From the IMG/VR virus record IMGVR_UViG_3300032239_000671, positions 1 to 55,283 of that record: a stretch of DNA of 55,283 bases; one strand, written 5' to 3'. Positions 9,004 through 18,042 of the stretch are shown here, piece after piece. A program made the translations under genes and the position numbers. This DNA comes from a virus (lineage: Duplodnaviria; Caudoviricetes). Within the stretch, counting starts at the first letter, position 1; each line of letters begins with the position of its first letter. The notes under the pieces were generated by a model. It made no database searches. It was given only the letters and a program-made list of their open reading frames with translations, and had not been told where the DNA came from.

Positions 9004-9297
9004 TTGAACGACACACCTGAGGTAGTACCGGCTGAAGAGCCATTCCTACGAGTTAGCGCATCATCTAATCCACAAAGCGTTGCATCAGCAATTGCTCACG
9101 CAATCTACGATAAGCGTGAAGTTAAACTTCGTGCTGTAGGTGCAGGCGCTGTAAACCAAGCAGTAAAAGCCATCGCTATTGCCCGTGGGTACGTGGCACC
9201 TCGTGGCATGGATTTAACTGATAAGCCAGGATTTACCACCATTGAATCACGAGATGGTGAAATTTCTGCAATTGTTTTTCACATTACAGCGAGCTAA
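9004..9297 (+). CDS. spoVS: SpoVS-family (Alba-like) protein
   Basis: LRVSASSNPQSVASAIA..RAVGAGAVNQAVKAIAIARGY; TTG start with RBS AAAGGA. Confidence 0.92.
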   Translation: MNDTPEVVPAEEPFLRVSASSNPQSVASAIAHAIYDKREVKLRAVGAGAVNQAVKAIAIARGYVAPRGMDLTDKPGFTTIESRDGEISAIVFHITAS

Positions 9298-9333
9298 AAC
9301 CGCCGTATCCTTATACCAACGCAAGGAGTCAAA

Positions 9334-9783
9334 ATGGCTAAATGGACAGACTTAGGTCACGCTATGCGTCGTCGCATGGGCGCCCCATCATCACATCTAG
9401 AGGCAGCAGGTAAATCTATGACAAGAAATCACATGACACCAGAAGAAGTAATTGCTTCTGCAGAACACGCTAACAGCGCACGTCGTTACATGAGCATGGA
9501 TGCAGCAAAATCTGCATCTCCTGTTATGCCAGAACGTGGCACAGCTATTGCAAAGAAGAATACACAAGCATCTGACCCAACATCGGGTGGAAAAGCAAAT
9601 CGTAAAAATATTTCTGCAGGTAATGCAGTTCAATCTGAACGTATGGGTGCTAAGTTCCGTGTTATCGCTTCTGTTCCAAGTGTTGACCCAGCAGCGGGTC
9701 CAACTATGGCAAACGCAAAGACTGTTCCATCAGTTATGGGTCAATCAGGTAATTTTGATACAGGTATGAATTCAGCACGATAA
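9334..9783 (+). CDS. Hypothetical low-complexity protein
   Basis: RBS AAGGAG; TAATG coupling to the next ORF. Confidence 0.7.
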   Translation: MAKWTDLGHAMRRRMGAPSSHLEAAGKSMTRNHMTPEEVIASAEHANSARRYMSMDAAKSASPVMPERGTAIAKKNTQASDPTSGGKANRKNISAGNAVQSERMGAKFRVIASVPSVDPAAGPTMANAKTVPSVMGQSGNFDTGMNSAR

Positions 9784-10013
9784 TGGCTGATATTAAATAC
9801 AACGATTACGGAACACCGCATCACGACCCACAAGTTGATTTGCCGTTATCTTTAAGCGACCAAACAAACACCACAACTAAAAAGAATAGAGTGTGGAAAA
9901 GTGTTAGTGGTGTTCTGTCATCTCAGAACTTTGGTAGTGTTCAAAGTTTTGACGACAAGGCGCCAACTCAAGCGCCAGAGTCTGACAAAGGGGCTCGTTT
10001 CGGAGGAGCTTAA
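9783..10013 (+). CDS. Hypothetical protein
   Basis: Translationally coupled ORF. Confidence 0.6.
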   Translation: MADIKYNDYGTPHHDPQVDLPLSLSDQTNTTTKKNRVWKSVSGVLSSQNFGSVQSFDDKAPTQAPESDKGARFGGA

Positions 10014-10177
10014 TCTTCATTTTCAGGAGTAAGCCCATGGAGGGCACAATGTTTTTCGTACCGTTGGTCAATTAAATCCCCGTCAATTGTGGGCTCACCA
10101 ATACGAGCATCACAAATTTCGCACTCAAGCACCCAAAGTGTTGGGTTATAGTCTATGGCAACAACATCTACTGACAT
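10010..10177 (-). CDS. Small Zn-finger-like protein (55 aa, not in ORF track)
   Basis: MSVDVV..CEIC..HCALH..; RBS AAAGGAG; shares a TTAA stop overlap with the convergent gene. Confidence 0.7.
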   Translation of the reverse strand: MSVDVVAIDYNPTLWVLECEICDARIGEPTIDGDLIDQRYEKHCALHGLTPENED

Positions 10178-10227
10178 TTGAACTCCTTTACACTGACATT
10201 TAACTCGTTAAGAAGGAAAATAGTAAC

Positions 10228-10797
10228 ATGAGTACTAGACCTGGTCAGCCACCTGAAGGGCTAATGGATGTTGTAAAAACCCGTCCTTCGTACTCTAAGG
10301 AAGAAGTACGAGTTTTAGCAAGTAATCCAAATGGCGCTCAAAATTTTATTGATTCTACAAATAATTATGGTGGGGCTACCATAAACCTAAAGAGTGGACA
10401 AGTAGCTAACCCTGGAGACAGACTTCATTTAGTTGGTAAAGAACCATCAAAACTTAGCGGACATCCAGTTGACACAGAGTTTGAAAGTGTTGGAAAATCT
10501 CACCCAAAATTAAGCGCAAAACAATTTGCTTCTCATTTTGTACGCTTAAGTGCACATGCTGCAGATGACAAAGCAAGTATGGGTAGTTGGGTAGATAACA
10601 AAAGTAACAAATCAAGAAAAAAAGGTGTACAGATTGATTTGTCTACTGGTCATAGATATAAAAGAACTGCGGAAAAGAAGATGATTTCTCGTAATGAAGA
10701 TGCAATCTTTAGTATGCACAATATGCGTGCAACTCGCAATGAAGCTGCTCGTAAACGACACGGAATTACTGAACCTCGTCCACCAAAGGTAAACTAA
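10228..10797 (+). CDS. Hypothetical basic protein
   Basis: Long ORF with an apparent leaderless start (CTGACA-17-GAAAAT-6-ATG). Confidence 0.7.
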   Translation: MSTRPGQPPEGLMDVVKTRPSYSKEEVRVLASNPNGAQNFIDSTNNYGGATINLKSGQVANPGDRLHLVGKEPSKLSGHPVDTEFESVGKSHPKLSAKQFASHFVRLSAHAADDKASMGSWVDNKSNKSRKKGVQIDLSTGHRYKRTAEKKMISRNEDAIFSMHNMRATRNEAARKRHGITEPRPPKVN

Positions 10798-11330
10798 TGG
10801 CAGGCGGCCCTAACAACTTTTCCCCACAACAAAATTGGCAATCATTAGGTGGTAATGGTCTATACGGCTATAACAACCAAGGTGGTGCAGGAACTCCTGT
10901 AGCTCGTGACTCTATGGATGCGTCACGCATTGGTGTGGGCAGAATTCCATCTGCAGAATATCCAGATGGGTACCTTGGCACTATCCGCTCACGTCGTGAT
11001 GACCGTTTGTTGGATAGTATCAAGAACCGTGTCAACCAAAAAGCGTATCAACGTGGAGTGCACAAAGGTGAGCGTATTGAGCCATCTATGTACTTTTGGC
11101 CTATGGGCATGAGTGATATGTCAGGTATTGAACGTCAGATGAAAGCTGCTTACGTAAATGTCAATGGAGTAAATGTATTCCAAACAATGCGCAATGCACC
11201 AGAGGTAAGTTTGGTTCCTGCCCCACACTTGGTTAACGATGGCAAAGCAAACACTATTGCTACAGAGCCGGGACAAATTAATGAACGCCGTCAAGCGATG
11301 CTTGCATATTTGAAACCAGCGTGGCGTTAA
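10797..11330 (+). CDS. Hypothetical protein
   Basis: TAATG-coupled ORF. Confidence 0.7.
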   Translation: MAGGPNNFSPQQNWQSLGGNGLYGYNNQGGAGTPVARDSMDASRIGVGRIPSAEYPDGYLGTIRSRRDDRLLDSIKNRVNQKAYQRGVHKGERIEPSMYFWPMGMSDMSGIERQMKAAYVNVNGVNVFQTMRNAPEVSLVPAPHLVNDGKANTIATEPGQINERRQAMLAYLKPAWR

Positions 11331-11557
11331 TGGACAACTTAAATCCTAATCAATTCACTAAGTCAGGCAAGCGCCGCCACAAGATGATGAAGTTTACAAC
11401 GTATGGTGGAACTAACCTTTTCTGTGAGCACTGCGACCAAACTGTCAAGCATCCAACTAAGACAAATAAACTTGGTGAACCTATTGGTATGTGGGATTAC
11501 AGAGATAAAGAAGGAATGAAAGAAGCTTGGGAAGCTCATAAGGCGGAGAACCAGTGA
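11330..11557 (+). CDS. Hypothetical protein (CxxC; N-terminal DNLNPNQF tag)
   Basis: TAATG-coupled start. Confidence 0.6.
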   Translation: MDNLNPNQFTKSGKRRHKMMKFTTYGGTNLFCEHCDQTVKHPTKTNKLGEPIGMWDYRDKEGMKEAWEAHKAENQ

Positions 11558-11916
11558 CACAAAAATTTGATGGAGTTTATGACCACACCAAACCATGGCG
11601 AGCACCCGTACAACCTGACCAAGTTGCAAAACGCTGGTCGTACTTGGGCCCATGGGCAACCAACATGGAGCGCCTAACACAACAGGCCCTGATGGTTGCC
11701 ACTATTCCAGGAGCAGATATTCAAGCCATGGTGCGACCACCGTTACCGCAAATCCAATTATTTCCAGCACGTTACGGATACGGAGACCGTCGTTCACCAG
11801 GAATTGAAGATGTAGTAACTATTGACCGTCAATACCATGAGCCACGTATTTCTTGGTTCTCTGGTAGCCCAGCAGGGTATGGCGGAACAGCTCGTAATGA
11901 TATTGGAGGTATCTGA
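11554..11916 (+). CDS. Hypothetical protein
   Basis: GTGA overlap, RBS GGAG. Confidence 0.65.
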   Translation: MTQKFDGVYDHTKPWRAPVQPDQVAKRWSYLGPWATNMERLTQQALMVATIPGADIQAMVRPPLPQIQLFPARYGYGDRRSPGIEDVVTIDRQYHEPRISWFSGSPAGYGGTARNDIGGI

Positions 11917-12116
11917 TGTTTGATGGCGATGGCGCAGAGATGATGGAATTACAAGCAAAACAAATTGCCGATAATGCAACCAAATACCGAGGTTCTCACC
12001 CTTGCCCTACTTGTGGGGTTATTTTAAATCCAGTAGAAGCTCTATACAGTAAAGGCATGTGCCAATCTTGTTACGCTCAAAAAATGTCTGACCGTATAAA
12101 GCGGAAAATGGTGTAA
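11916..12116 (+). CDS. Small Zn-finger protein
   Basis: CPTC...CQSC; RBS GGAGG. Confidence 0.65.
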   Translation: MFDGDGAEMMELQAKQIADNATKYRGSHPCPTCGVILNPVEALYSKGMCQSCYAQKMSDRIKRKMV

Positions 12117-12118
12117 CC

Positions 12119-12805
12119 ATGCCACGTAAAAAGAAAGCACCTGTACCGTCAGTTGTACGTAACTCAAAAACTGGTCGTGCAGAAAAGCCAACTCCCCCTA
12201 CTGGAGTTCCTAATTTTGTTAAACCAAAAGAAAAACCTCAACTTAAATCCTCTTTAAAGAAGACACGCACAGGAAAGAAAATTTCTGGGGGAAAAGTAGC
12301 AGTACCAGCAGTCAAAATTGACCCAGAGACAAAACGACTTCGTGCCACTACTGAAGCAGAGAAGACTGAAGCAAGAACCACTGTTCTTCCAGATGCACCT
12401 ATCCCACAAGAGCCAAGACCACAAGGTGTTATGGGTATGGGGGCAACTCCTATCAGAAAAGGCGCAGCAGTTAGTTACCCAGTAATAAAAGCAGCAGTAG
12501 ATGCAGCTAGGACTCACCTCACTGCAATGCAAAACAATCCTCCGGGTTCGCCGGAGCACCACGCAGCACATGAAGCATTTAATGCTATCCATGCCAATAT
12601 AGGTCGGATGTCGCCAGAGCTCCATGTTACTTTAGGTCAAGCAAAACACTTTGTAACTAACCCCGGAAAGGGAAGTGATGAGATGTTAGCCATGACCCAT
12701 AAAGCAATAAATACTAGACTTGGCATTATACGAACAGCACATGAAGATAACCTCCGACGGTCTGCCGAAGGTCGCACTAAGAAAGCAGGAAAAAATGGCA
12801 GTTAA
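12119..12805 (+). CDS. Hypothetical Lys/Pro-rich protein
   Basis: Long ORF in a tightly packed operon. Confidence 0.65.
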   Translation: MPRKKKAPVPSVVRNSKTGRAEKPTPPTGVPNFVKPKEKPQLKSSLKKTRTGKKISGGKVAVPAVKIDPETKRLRATTEAEKTEARTTVLPDAPIPQEPRPQGVMGMGATPIRKGAAVSYPVIKAAVDAARTHLTAMQNNPPGSPEHHAAHEAFNAIHANIGRMSPELHVTLGQAKHFVTNPGKGSDEMLAMTHKAINTRLGIIRTAHEDNLRRSAEGRTKKAGKNGS

Positions 12806-13001
12806 CTCATCTCGTTCAATGAACACCTCATTGAATGAAGGCTCAACAGACGGTAAGTACCGCAAAGTTCGCCCAGATACAGAGGTAATCCCTGGTCTTG
12901 GAGACGAAGCAACGCTTGATAACCGTCAATCACTTCATCCATTTTACGGTTATGGGTTTATTACATCTGAATACCCAAACAAAGTGAATCCAGGTAAGTA
13001 A
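12795..13001 (+). CDS. Hypothetical protein
   Basis: Start re-assigned to the ATG after RBS AGGA (MAVNSSRS...). Confidence 0.6.
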   Translation: MAVNSSRSMNTSLNEGSTDGKYRKVRPDTEVIPGLGDEATLDNRQSLHPFYGYGFITSEYPNKVNPGK

Positions 13002-13003
13002 TC

Positions 13004-13183
13004 ATGGTTCGCAAAGTTGTTTCTATGAAGTCAGCACAGTTCCAAGATGCTATTACGAAGGTACATCCACAAGGAATGACTGTTAATCCAAAAAATCAAA
13101 CTGTTAAATATTTTAACGATGGAAAAGTTGTTATTTCCAATAAAGACAGTTTTCTTAATAGAACTAAGAGAAAAGGCAAGTAA
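13004..13183 (+). CDS. Hypothetical protein (59 aa, not in ORF track)
   Basis: MVRKVVSMKSAQF...KRKGK; fills the gap exactly between neighbours. Confidence 0.6.
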   Translation: MVRKVVSMKSAQFQDAITKVHPQGMTVNPKNQTVKYFNDGKVVISNKDSFLNRTKRKGK

Positions 13184-13185
13184 TC

Positions 13186-13497
13186 ATGGCTATCATTCGT
13201 AAAGGCGACAAGGTTGCAGAAGAAGCACTAAAAAAGCGTGCAAGAGAACAACACCGCAATAGACTATTGGCTTCTGATGAAACAAAACGTAAAGCAGGTT
13301 TAGAAACGGTTGCTGGAAAAAGAGTCAAAAAAACTCAAGACGGAAAAACAAAAGCAACTAAAGTAAATAAAAATGCTAATATCACAAAATCCGAATCTCC
13401 AGTAAGTGGAAGCGCTATTACTAAAGCAAAAATTCATCAAATTAAAGACCCAGTAAAAAGAAAAGCTGCTTTAGATAAATTTAATGGATGGGACTAA
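13186..13497 (+). CDS. Hypothetical highly basic protein
   Basis: Lys-rich ORF in operon. Confidence 0.6.
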   Translation: MAIIRKGDKVAEEALKKRAREQHRNRLLASDETKRKAGLETVAGKRVKKTQDGKTKATKVNKNANITKSESPVSGSAITKAKIHQIKDPVKRKAALDKFNGWD

Positions 13498-13499
13498 TA

Positions 13500-13889
13500 G
13501 TGGCTAAGCCAAAGCGTACTTCTAACCGTAATGCAGGCCCACTTATTGCTGCTCGTATTCCTTTTAAAGGCAATAATTTTGAAGGACACGAAGGAGGACC
13601 CGTTTCAGCAGGTTGGCTTCGTGGAACTGAATTTCACGAACAAATTAAGCGTTTAAAAAATCCCGATTACACAGTTAATGACCCACGTTCTAACACACCT
13701 TTAGCTGTACACCATGAAGATGGTTGGTATTACCCAGACACGTTCCATAGCCCAACCACTGCACAGAAACAAGCCGTTACTCGTCGTGCGATTAATGTAA
13801 AAAGTGGTCGTGAGCAACTTATGGAAAAACGTGCAGCAAAACGTAAGGCTAAAGCAGACGCAGCAGAACAGGGTCTTTGGAACAAGTAA
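13500..13889 (+). CDS. Hypothetical protein
   Basis: GTG start after the upstream stop; ends EQGLWNK. Confidence 0.6.
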   Translation: MAKPKRTSNRNAGPLIAARIPFKGNNFEGHEGGPVSAGWLRGTEFHEQIKRLKNPDYTVNDPRSNTPLAVHHEDGWYYPDTFHSPTTAQKQAVTRRAINVKSGREQLMEKRAAKRKAKADAAEQGLWNK

Positions 13890-14090
13890 ATGGCAAGCCA
13901 ATTTGAACCTATTGGACATGATTACGTTTCTCGTAATTTTAACGATAGACGCAAAGGTAACCAGCATTATGGAAAAGGTCAAGAACCACCTAAAGGTGGT
14001 AACTACCGTCCCGATGCTGGGGGAACAATGGTCCCTAGAAAACCTAAACCAAAGTTTCCTGCAGCACCTTCAGCTATAAAACTTAAGTAA
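13890..14090 (+). CDS. Hypothetical protein
   Basis: Abuts the upstream stop codon. Confidence 0.55.
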   Translation: MASQFEPIGHDYVSRNFNDRRKGNQHYGKGQEPPKGGNYRPDAGGTMVPRKPKPKFPAAPSAIKLK

Positions 14091-14125
14091 TCTGTTAGGA
14101 TACCTGGACTACTACAAGGAGCACA

Positions 14126-14674
14126 ATGAGTAACGTACCTATTCTTGGCGAAAAGAAAATGGACAATGAACCGATGTTTCGGTTGTTATATTGTCTTGTT
14201 TGTCAAACTTTAGAAGAACTTCCACCGTACGATGGCGACCCAGAATTAGATATGTTATTGGCTGTTGCTTGTGAAACTCACGTATTTCCTTCCGGAGAAC
14301 CTCACAAAGGCAAATTGTTTGTATTGCCATTGCGAGTTTGGGCAAAACCTGAATCTAAAAAAGAAGTAATACGACAAATTAAAGGTGGAGGCTCTGCAGG
14401 TCTTGCAGAAATTGACGACACTTTTTATGAATCTCGTTCCACATTTATGGAAGGAGCTATGGAGTGCTACAAACGTCATAACAAACCTAAAGACGGATGT
14501 ACAGATTGGCGCAATAAAGAAAAATTACTTGTACCAAATACAGTAAAAGAACGTAAAGCAGAAGGTATGGCAAAGTATACGGAAGAATCTGGTCCAAAAA
14601 CTTACCTATGTGACTTCTGTCCAGTAGCAATTGGCGTAGCCCAACGAAAAAGAAAGTTGATGGGAATAGAATGA
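14126..14674 (+). CDS. Hypothetical Cys/His-rich (Zn-binding) protein
   Basis: CLVC, H..H, C..H..C, CDFC; RBS AAGGAG. Confidence 0.7.
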   Translation: MSNVPILGEKKMDNEPMFRLLYCLVCQTLEELPPYDGDPELDMLLAVACETHVFPSGEPHKGKLFVLPLRVWAKPESKKEVIRQIKGGGSAGLAEIDDTFYESRSTFMEGAMECYKRHNKPKDGCTDWRNKEKLLVPNTVKERKAEGMAKYTEESGPKTYLCDFCPVAIGVAQRKRKLMGIE

Positions 14675-14961
14675 GCGAAGATATAAAGCCACAATCAGCA
14701 TTTACTGTTGTATTAAACCCTGACGGTAGTTTCTTTACCCAACCAGCAGAAGCCGGAGAATTTGTAGAGCGAACAGCAACTACCTTTGATATTTACCGTG
14801 CTTGCAAAGAAATTGCTACGGAAATTGAAAATCAGATATTAGCTGACAGAGTTGCTAAAACAGTTATTGCTGCTTTACAGCCTGCAGACCTTTCTTCTGA
14901 AAATAAAACAAAGATAATTGACGCTTTAAGCGATAGAGGCATCGTACCGCCTCTAAACTAG
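14671..14961 (+). CDS. Hypothetical protein
   Basis: ATGA overlap. Confidence 0.65.
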   Translation: MSEDIKPQSAFTVVLNPDGSFFTQPAEAGEFVERTATTFDIYRACKEIATEIENQILADRVAKTVIAALQPADLSSENKTKIIDALSDRGIVPPLN

Positions 14962-14965
14962 GGAT

Positions 14966-15898
14966 ATGTTTAGAAACTTAGAGAGTAACTCCAACCCTAT
15001 ACACATTCAGGGTTCGGCTACTTCATACTTTTCTGCCCCTGAAAAAGAATTAGACCCAAAGTTGTTTGATGGAACAACTTTAAAAGGTTGGGTACGTAAC
15101 GGTATTTTGCAGTTGTTATTTGGGTTTCTCAACGAACAATACCGTCACCCAGATTTGTGGGCACATGTATGGATTGCTGGCTCTGGGGTGTCTTACCAAT
15201 GGTCGGCAGCCCGTGAACCAGGAGATTTAGATGTTCTTATAGGAGTTAACTACATCCAATTTCGTAAAGCACATCCAGAGTTTAATGGTCTTGGCGATGT
15301 AGAAATTAGCAAAATGTTAAATGAAGATTTTCGTGAACATTTGCAACCTGAAACAGAAAACTGGAATGGTTTTGAAGTTACTTTTTACGTAAATCCTGGG
15401 GCTACAGATATTCGTTCTATCAATCCTTATGCAGCCTACGATTTAACTCACAATGAGTGGACAGTTCACCCTGCACAATCCACAGCACCTGAAAACCGTG
15501 TGTGGGATGAAGTAGCAAAACGTGATTTATCACGAGCAATGGATGTGGTTACACGTTACACCAGTGCTCTAAATGAAGTACATAATGCACAAAACGATGC
15601 AGCACGTCGCAATGCTGAAACAAGACTACACACAGCAATGATTCAAGGTTCAGCAATGTATGATGACATTCATGGAGCCCGTAAGTTTGCTTTCCGCCCT
15701 GAAGGAGAGGGTTACTCAGATTTTTACAACTACAGATGGCAGGCCGGAAAGAAGTACGGAACCGTACCTGCCCTACGAAAGATGTCTGAGTACTGGTCAG
15801 CATACAAAGCGCAACAAGCAGATGATACCTATGGCGTTGAACTGCCAGATACTCAGACCCTAATTAGAAGAGCGGCAACGTACCGAGCAAAGGGATAG
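14966..15898 (+). CDS. Pol-beta-superfamily nucleotidyltransferase
   Basis: hG[S]..DxD motif: WIAGSGVSYQW..GDLDVLI, third acidic strand FEVTFYV, AAYDL..W. Confidence 0.75.
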   Translation: MFRNLESNSNPIHIQGSATSYFSAPEKELDPKLFDGTTLKGWVRNGILQLLFGFLNEQYRHPDLWAHVWIAGSGVSYQWSAAREPGDLDVLIGVNYIQFRKAHPEFNGLGDVEISKMLNEDFREHLQPETENWNGFEVTFYVNPGATDIRSINPYAAYDLTHNEWTVHPAQSTAPENRVWDEVAKRDLSRAMDVVTRYTSALNEVHNAQNDAARRNAETRLHTAMIQGSAMYDDIHGARKFAFRPEGEGYSDFYNYRWQAGKKYGTVPALRKMSEYWSAYKAQQADDTYGVELPDTQTLIRRAATYRAKG

Positions 15899-16387
15899 AT
15901 GAACATACTCGTATCACTAGATGGCGTACTAAGTTCGGAATCAGGGGAACCAATCCGAGCAGGAGTAGCGCTTTACTATGCTCTTAACATCAACAATCGT
16001 GTAGCAATTATGACTTCTCGTGGAGAAACAGATGCTAAACACTGGCTACAGTCGCACGGAATTATCAACTATGACGATTTGATTGATTCTTCTTTTGCAT
16101 TGGAAGGTGAAGACCTAAAGAAGAGACAGTTTATTATGTCTCGTTCACGAGCCCCTATTGAGATGTATGTAGACGCTGACCCCAGCATGTGTGCTTGGGT
16201 GTTTGAAGAACAACGAGTACCAGCACTCCTCTTTAACCATCCAGGATTTGCTGTTGTTGAGAATAGGCCAGATGCTCCAAAGAAAGTACGACGCTGGTCA
16301 GACATTGAAGCGTCAATTAATCGTGTCAATATATCTCGTTCAGAACAAGCCCAAAAGCCAAAAGAAACGGAACTCTGGTCTGACTAA
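15899..16387 (+). CDS. HAD-fold protein with a degenerate motif I
   Basis: ILVSLDGVL (Ser where the nucleophile Asp is expected), IMTSR, YVDADP. Confidence 0.6.
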   Translation: MNILVSLDGVLSSESGEPIRAGVALYYALNINNRVAIMTSRGETDAKHWLQSHGIINYDDLIDSSFALEGEDLKKRQFIMSRSRAPIEMYVDADPSMCAWVFEEQRVPALLFNHPGFAVVENRPDAPKKVRRWSDIEASINRVNISRSEQAQKPKETELWSD

Positions 16388-17880
16388 TGAACCTCATCTT
16401 CTCCGGGTCTGAAGTAGGTTCCAACCGTAATCTTCTTTTAGGTCAAAAAGTTGAGTCAATGGGACTCAACTATTGGACTTTACGCAAAAGAGGTTTGCCT
16501 ACAACCAAAAGATGGTTGATTAGTGAGCACTATGACTCTCAAGTAAAGGTTTACATTGAGTCAGGTGCAGCTCAAGCTGAGAAGGCGGGACTATCAAAAG
16601 AAGAATTAACTTCTTTAGCAGCTGATTATCAAGAGTTCCTGGTTGATAACAGCGAACGAGCTGCAGCTTACATGGAGTTTGATTCGTTGATTTTGGGAAA
16701 AGAATGGGTAGAAGCCCAACGTCCATTTTATGAACATGACCCCAAGTTTTGGGTTGTTTGGCATGAAGAATACGGGCTTCCAGCCCTTAAAACCATGTCT
16801 CAAACTTACAAAAATGTAGTTGTACCCAACGACGAGATTGAGTCTGTAACCAGCCTAGCAGCCCTTACACGGGGTTATCAGAGGCAGTTTGGAACCGCTT
16901 ACCACGCCTTAGCCTGTGCCAAGCCAGACAACCTACGACAGGTACCATTTAACACCGCCAGCACATTGTCATGGCTTTCCCCCATGAGAAGAGGCGAAAC
17001 AATCGTTTGGGATGGCACTCAGATTAAACGATACCCAAAGCGCATGAAAGCCCAAGCAAGACCTCGCTATAAGACAATAGTAGAGAAAGCGGGATTAGAC
17101 TATTTGGGGTTTAGCCAAGATAACACCCTAGAAGCAACTAAAGTTGCTGTCTGGTCGTACCTACAGTTGGAGTCATCTATGGACAAGAAATCACCTAATT
17201 TCCACATCATTGATGGGGGTAAAGAACCCGTAGTATCTGATAACAACGACACCTTGTACACAGGGTTAGGCATGGAACTAGGGGGGTACTCTTCTGATAA
17301 CAGTGTGCCTGAAGTGCGGAAAGAGTTGATAGAAAGAGACGCTTCAGAAGTTCAAAATTTACCTGTATTTGGGTACAAAATGAAGACTGTAGTTGAGACG
17401 GATGATAACGGCAAAGATATTTTGATGGACATCCCCGTAGTCCAAACTCAACAATCTTCTTTAAGACAATGCGACACTTGCTTTGTTGCCGCCAACTGCC
17501 CAGCCTTTAAACCTTCTAACACTTGCGCTTTTAACTTGCCAATTGAGGTAAAGACTAAAGAACAATTAAAGGCTTTGATGACTTCAATGATTGAAATGCA
17601 GGGTCAAAGAGTGGCTTTTATGCGCTTTGCTGAAGAAATGAACGGTGGCTATGCAGACCCTAACGTTTCTCAAGAAGTTGACCGCCTTATAAAAATGGTT
17701 AAAGAAGTTAATGACATGGCATCTGATAAAGAGTTTGTGCAGATTACAGCCAGCCGTCAATCTTCAGGCGGAGTTCTTTCTGCCATCTTTGGTGACAAAG
17801 CTCAAGCTCTAAGAGAGTTACCTGAAGCCCTTAAAGAAGATACAGTTACAAAAATTATTCAGTCTTCAATAGAAGACTAG
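16387..17880 (+). CDS. Divergent TGT/DpdA-like barrel fused to a Cys4 domain and helical C-terminus
   Basis: VYIESGA, FWVVWH, YHALAC, PFNTASTLSW resemble the DSG / PVxH / HxLG / SxDSxSW motifs of TGT-like proteins; CDTC-x5-C-x8-C; ORF certain, fold tentative. Confidence 0.45.
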   Translation: MNLIFSGSEVGSNRNLLLGQKVESMGLNYWTLRKRGLPTTKRWLISEHYDSQVKVYIESGAAQAEKAGLSKEELTSLAADYQEFLVDNSERAAAYMEFDSLILGKEWVEAQRPFYEHDPKFWVVWHEEYGLPALKTMSQTYKNVVVPNDEIESVTSLAALTRGYQRQFGTAYHALACAKPDNLRQVPFNTASTLSWLSPMRRGETIVWDGTQIKRYPKRMKAQARPRYKTIVEKAGLDYLGFSQDNTLEATKVAVWSYLQLESSMDKKSPNFHIIDGGKEPVVSDNNDTLYTGLGMELGGYSSDNSVPEVRKELIERDASEVQNLPVFGYKMKTVVETDDNGKDILMDIPVVQTQQSSLRQCDTCFVAANCPAFKPSNTCAFNLPIEVKTKEQLKALMTSMIEMQGQRVAFMRFAEEMNGGYADPNVSQEVDRLIKMVKEVNDMASDKEFVQITASRQSSGGVLSAIFGDKAQALRELPEALKEDTVTKIIQSSIED

Positions 17881-18042
17881 TTACCTGATAACAGCAATGT
17901 GAGGTGAACGAAACATGGTTCACCCTGTATCTTGCTAAAAAGCAGTAAACCAAGTTAACAAGTGCATGGTAGGTTTTCTTCCGTCACAATAGGGCTCCCT
18001 GTTGAGGGGTATTTAATCAAAATAAGAAATGGTGGTATAAAA

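Noticed and set aside
17881-18042. Cobalamin riboswitch upstream of nrdJ
   Set aside because: No recognisable B12-box or conserved core, and the presumed leader is too short
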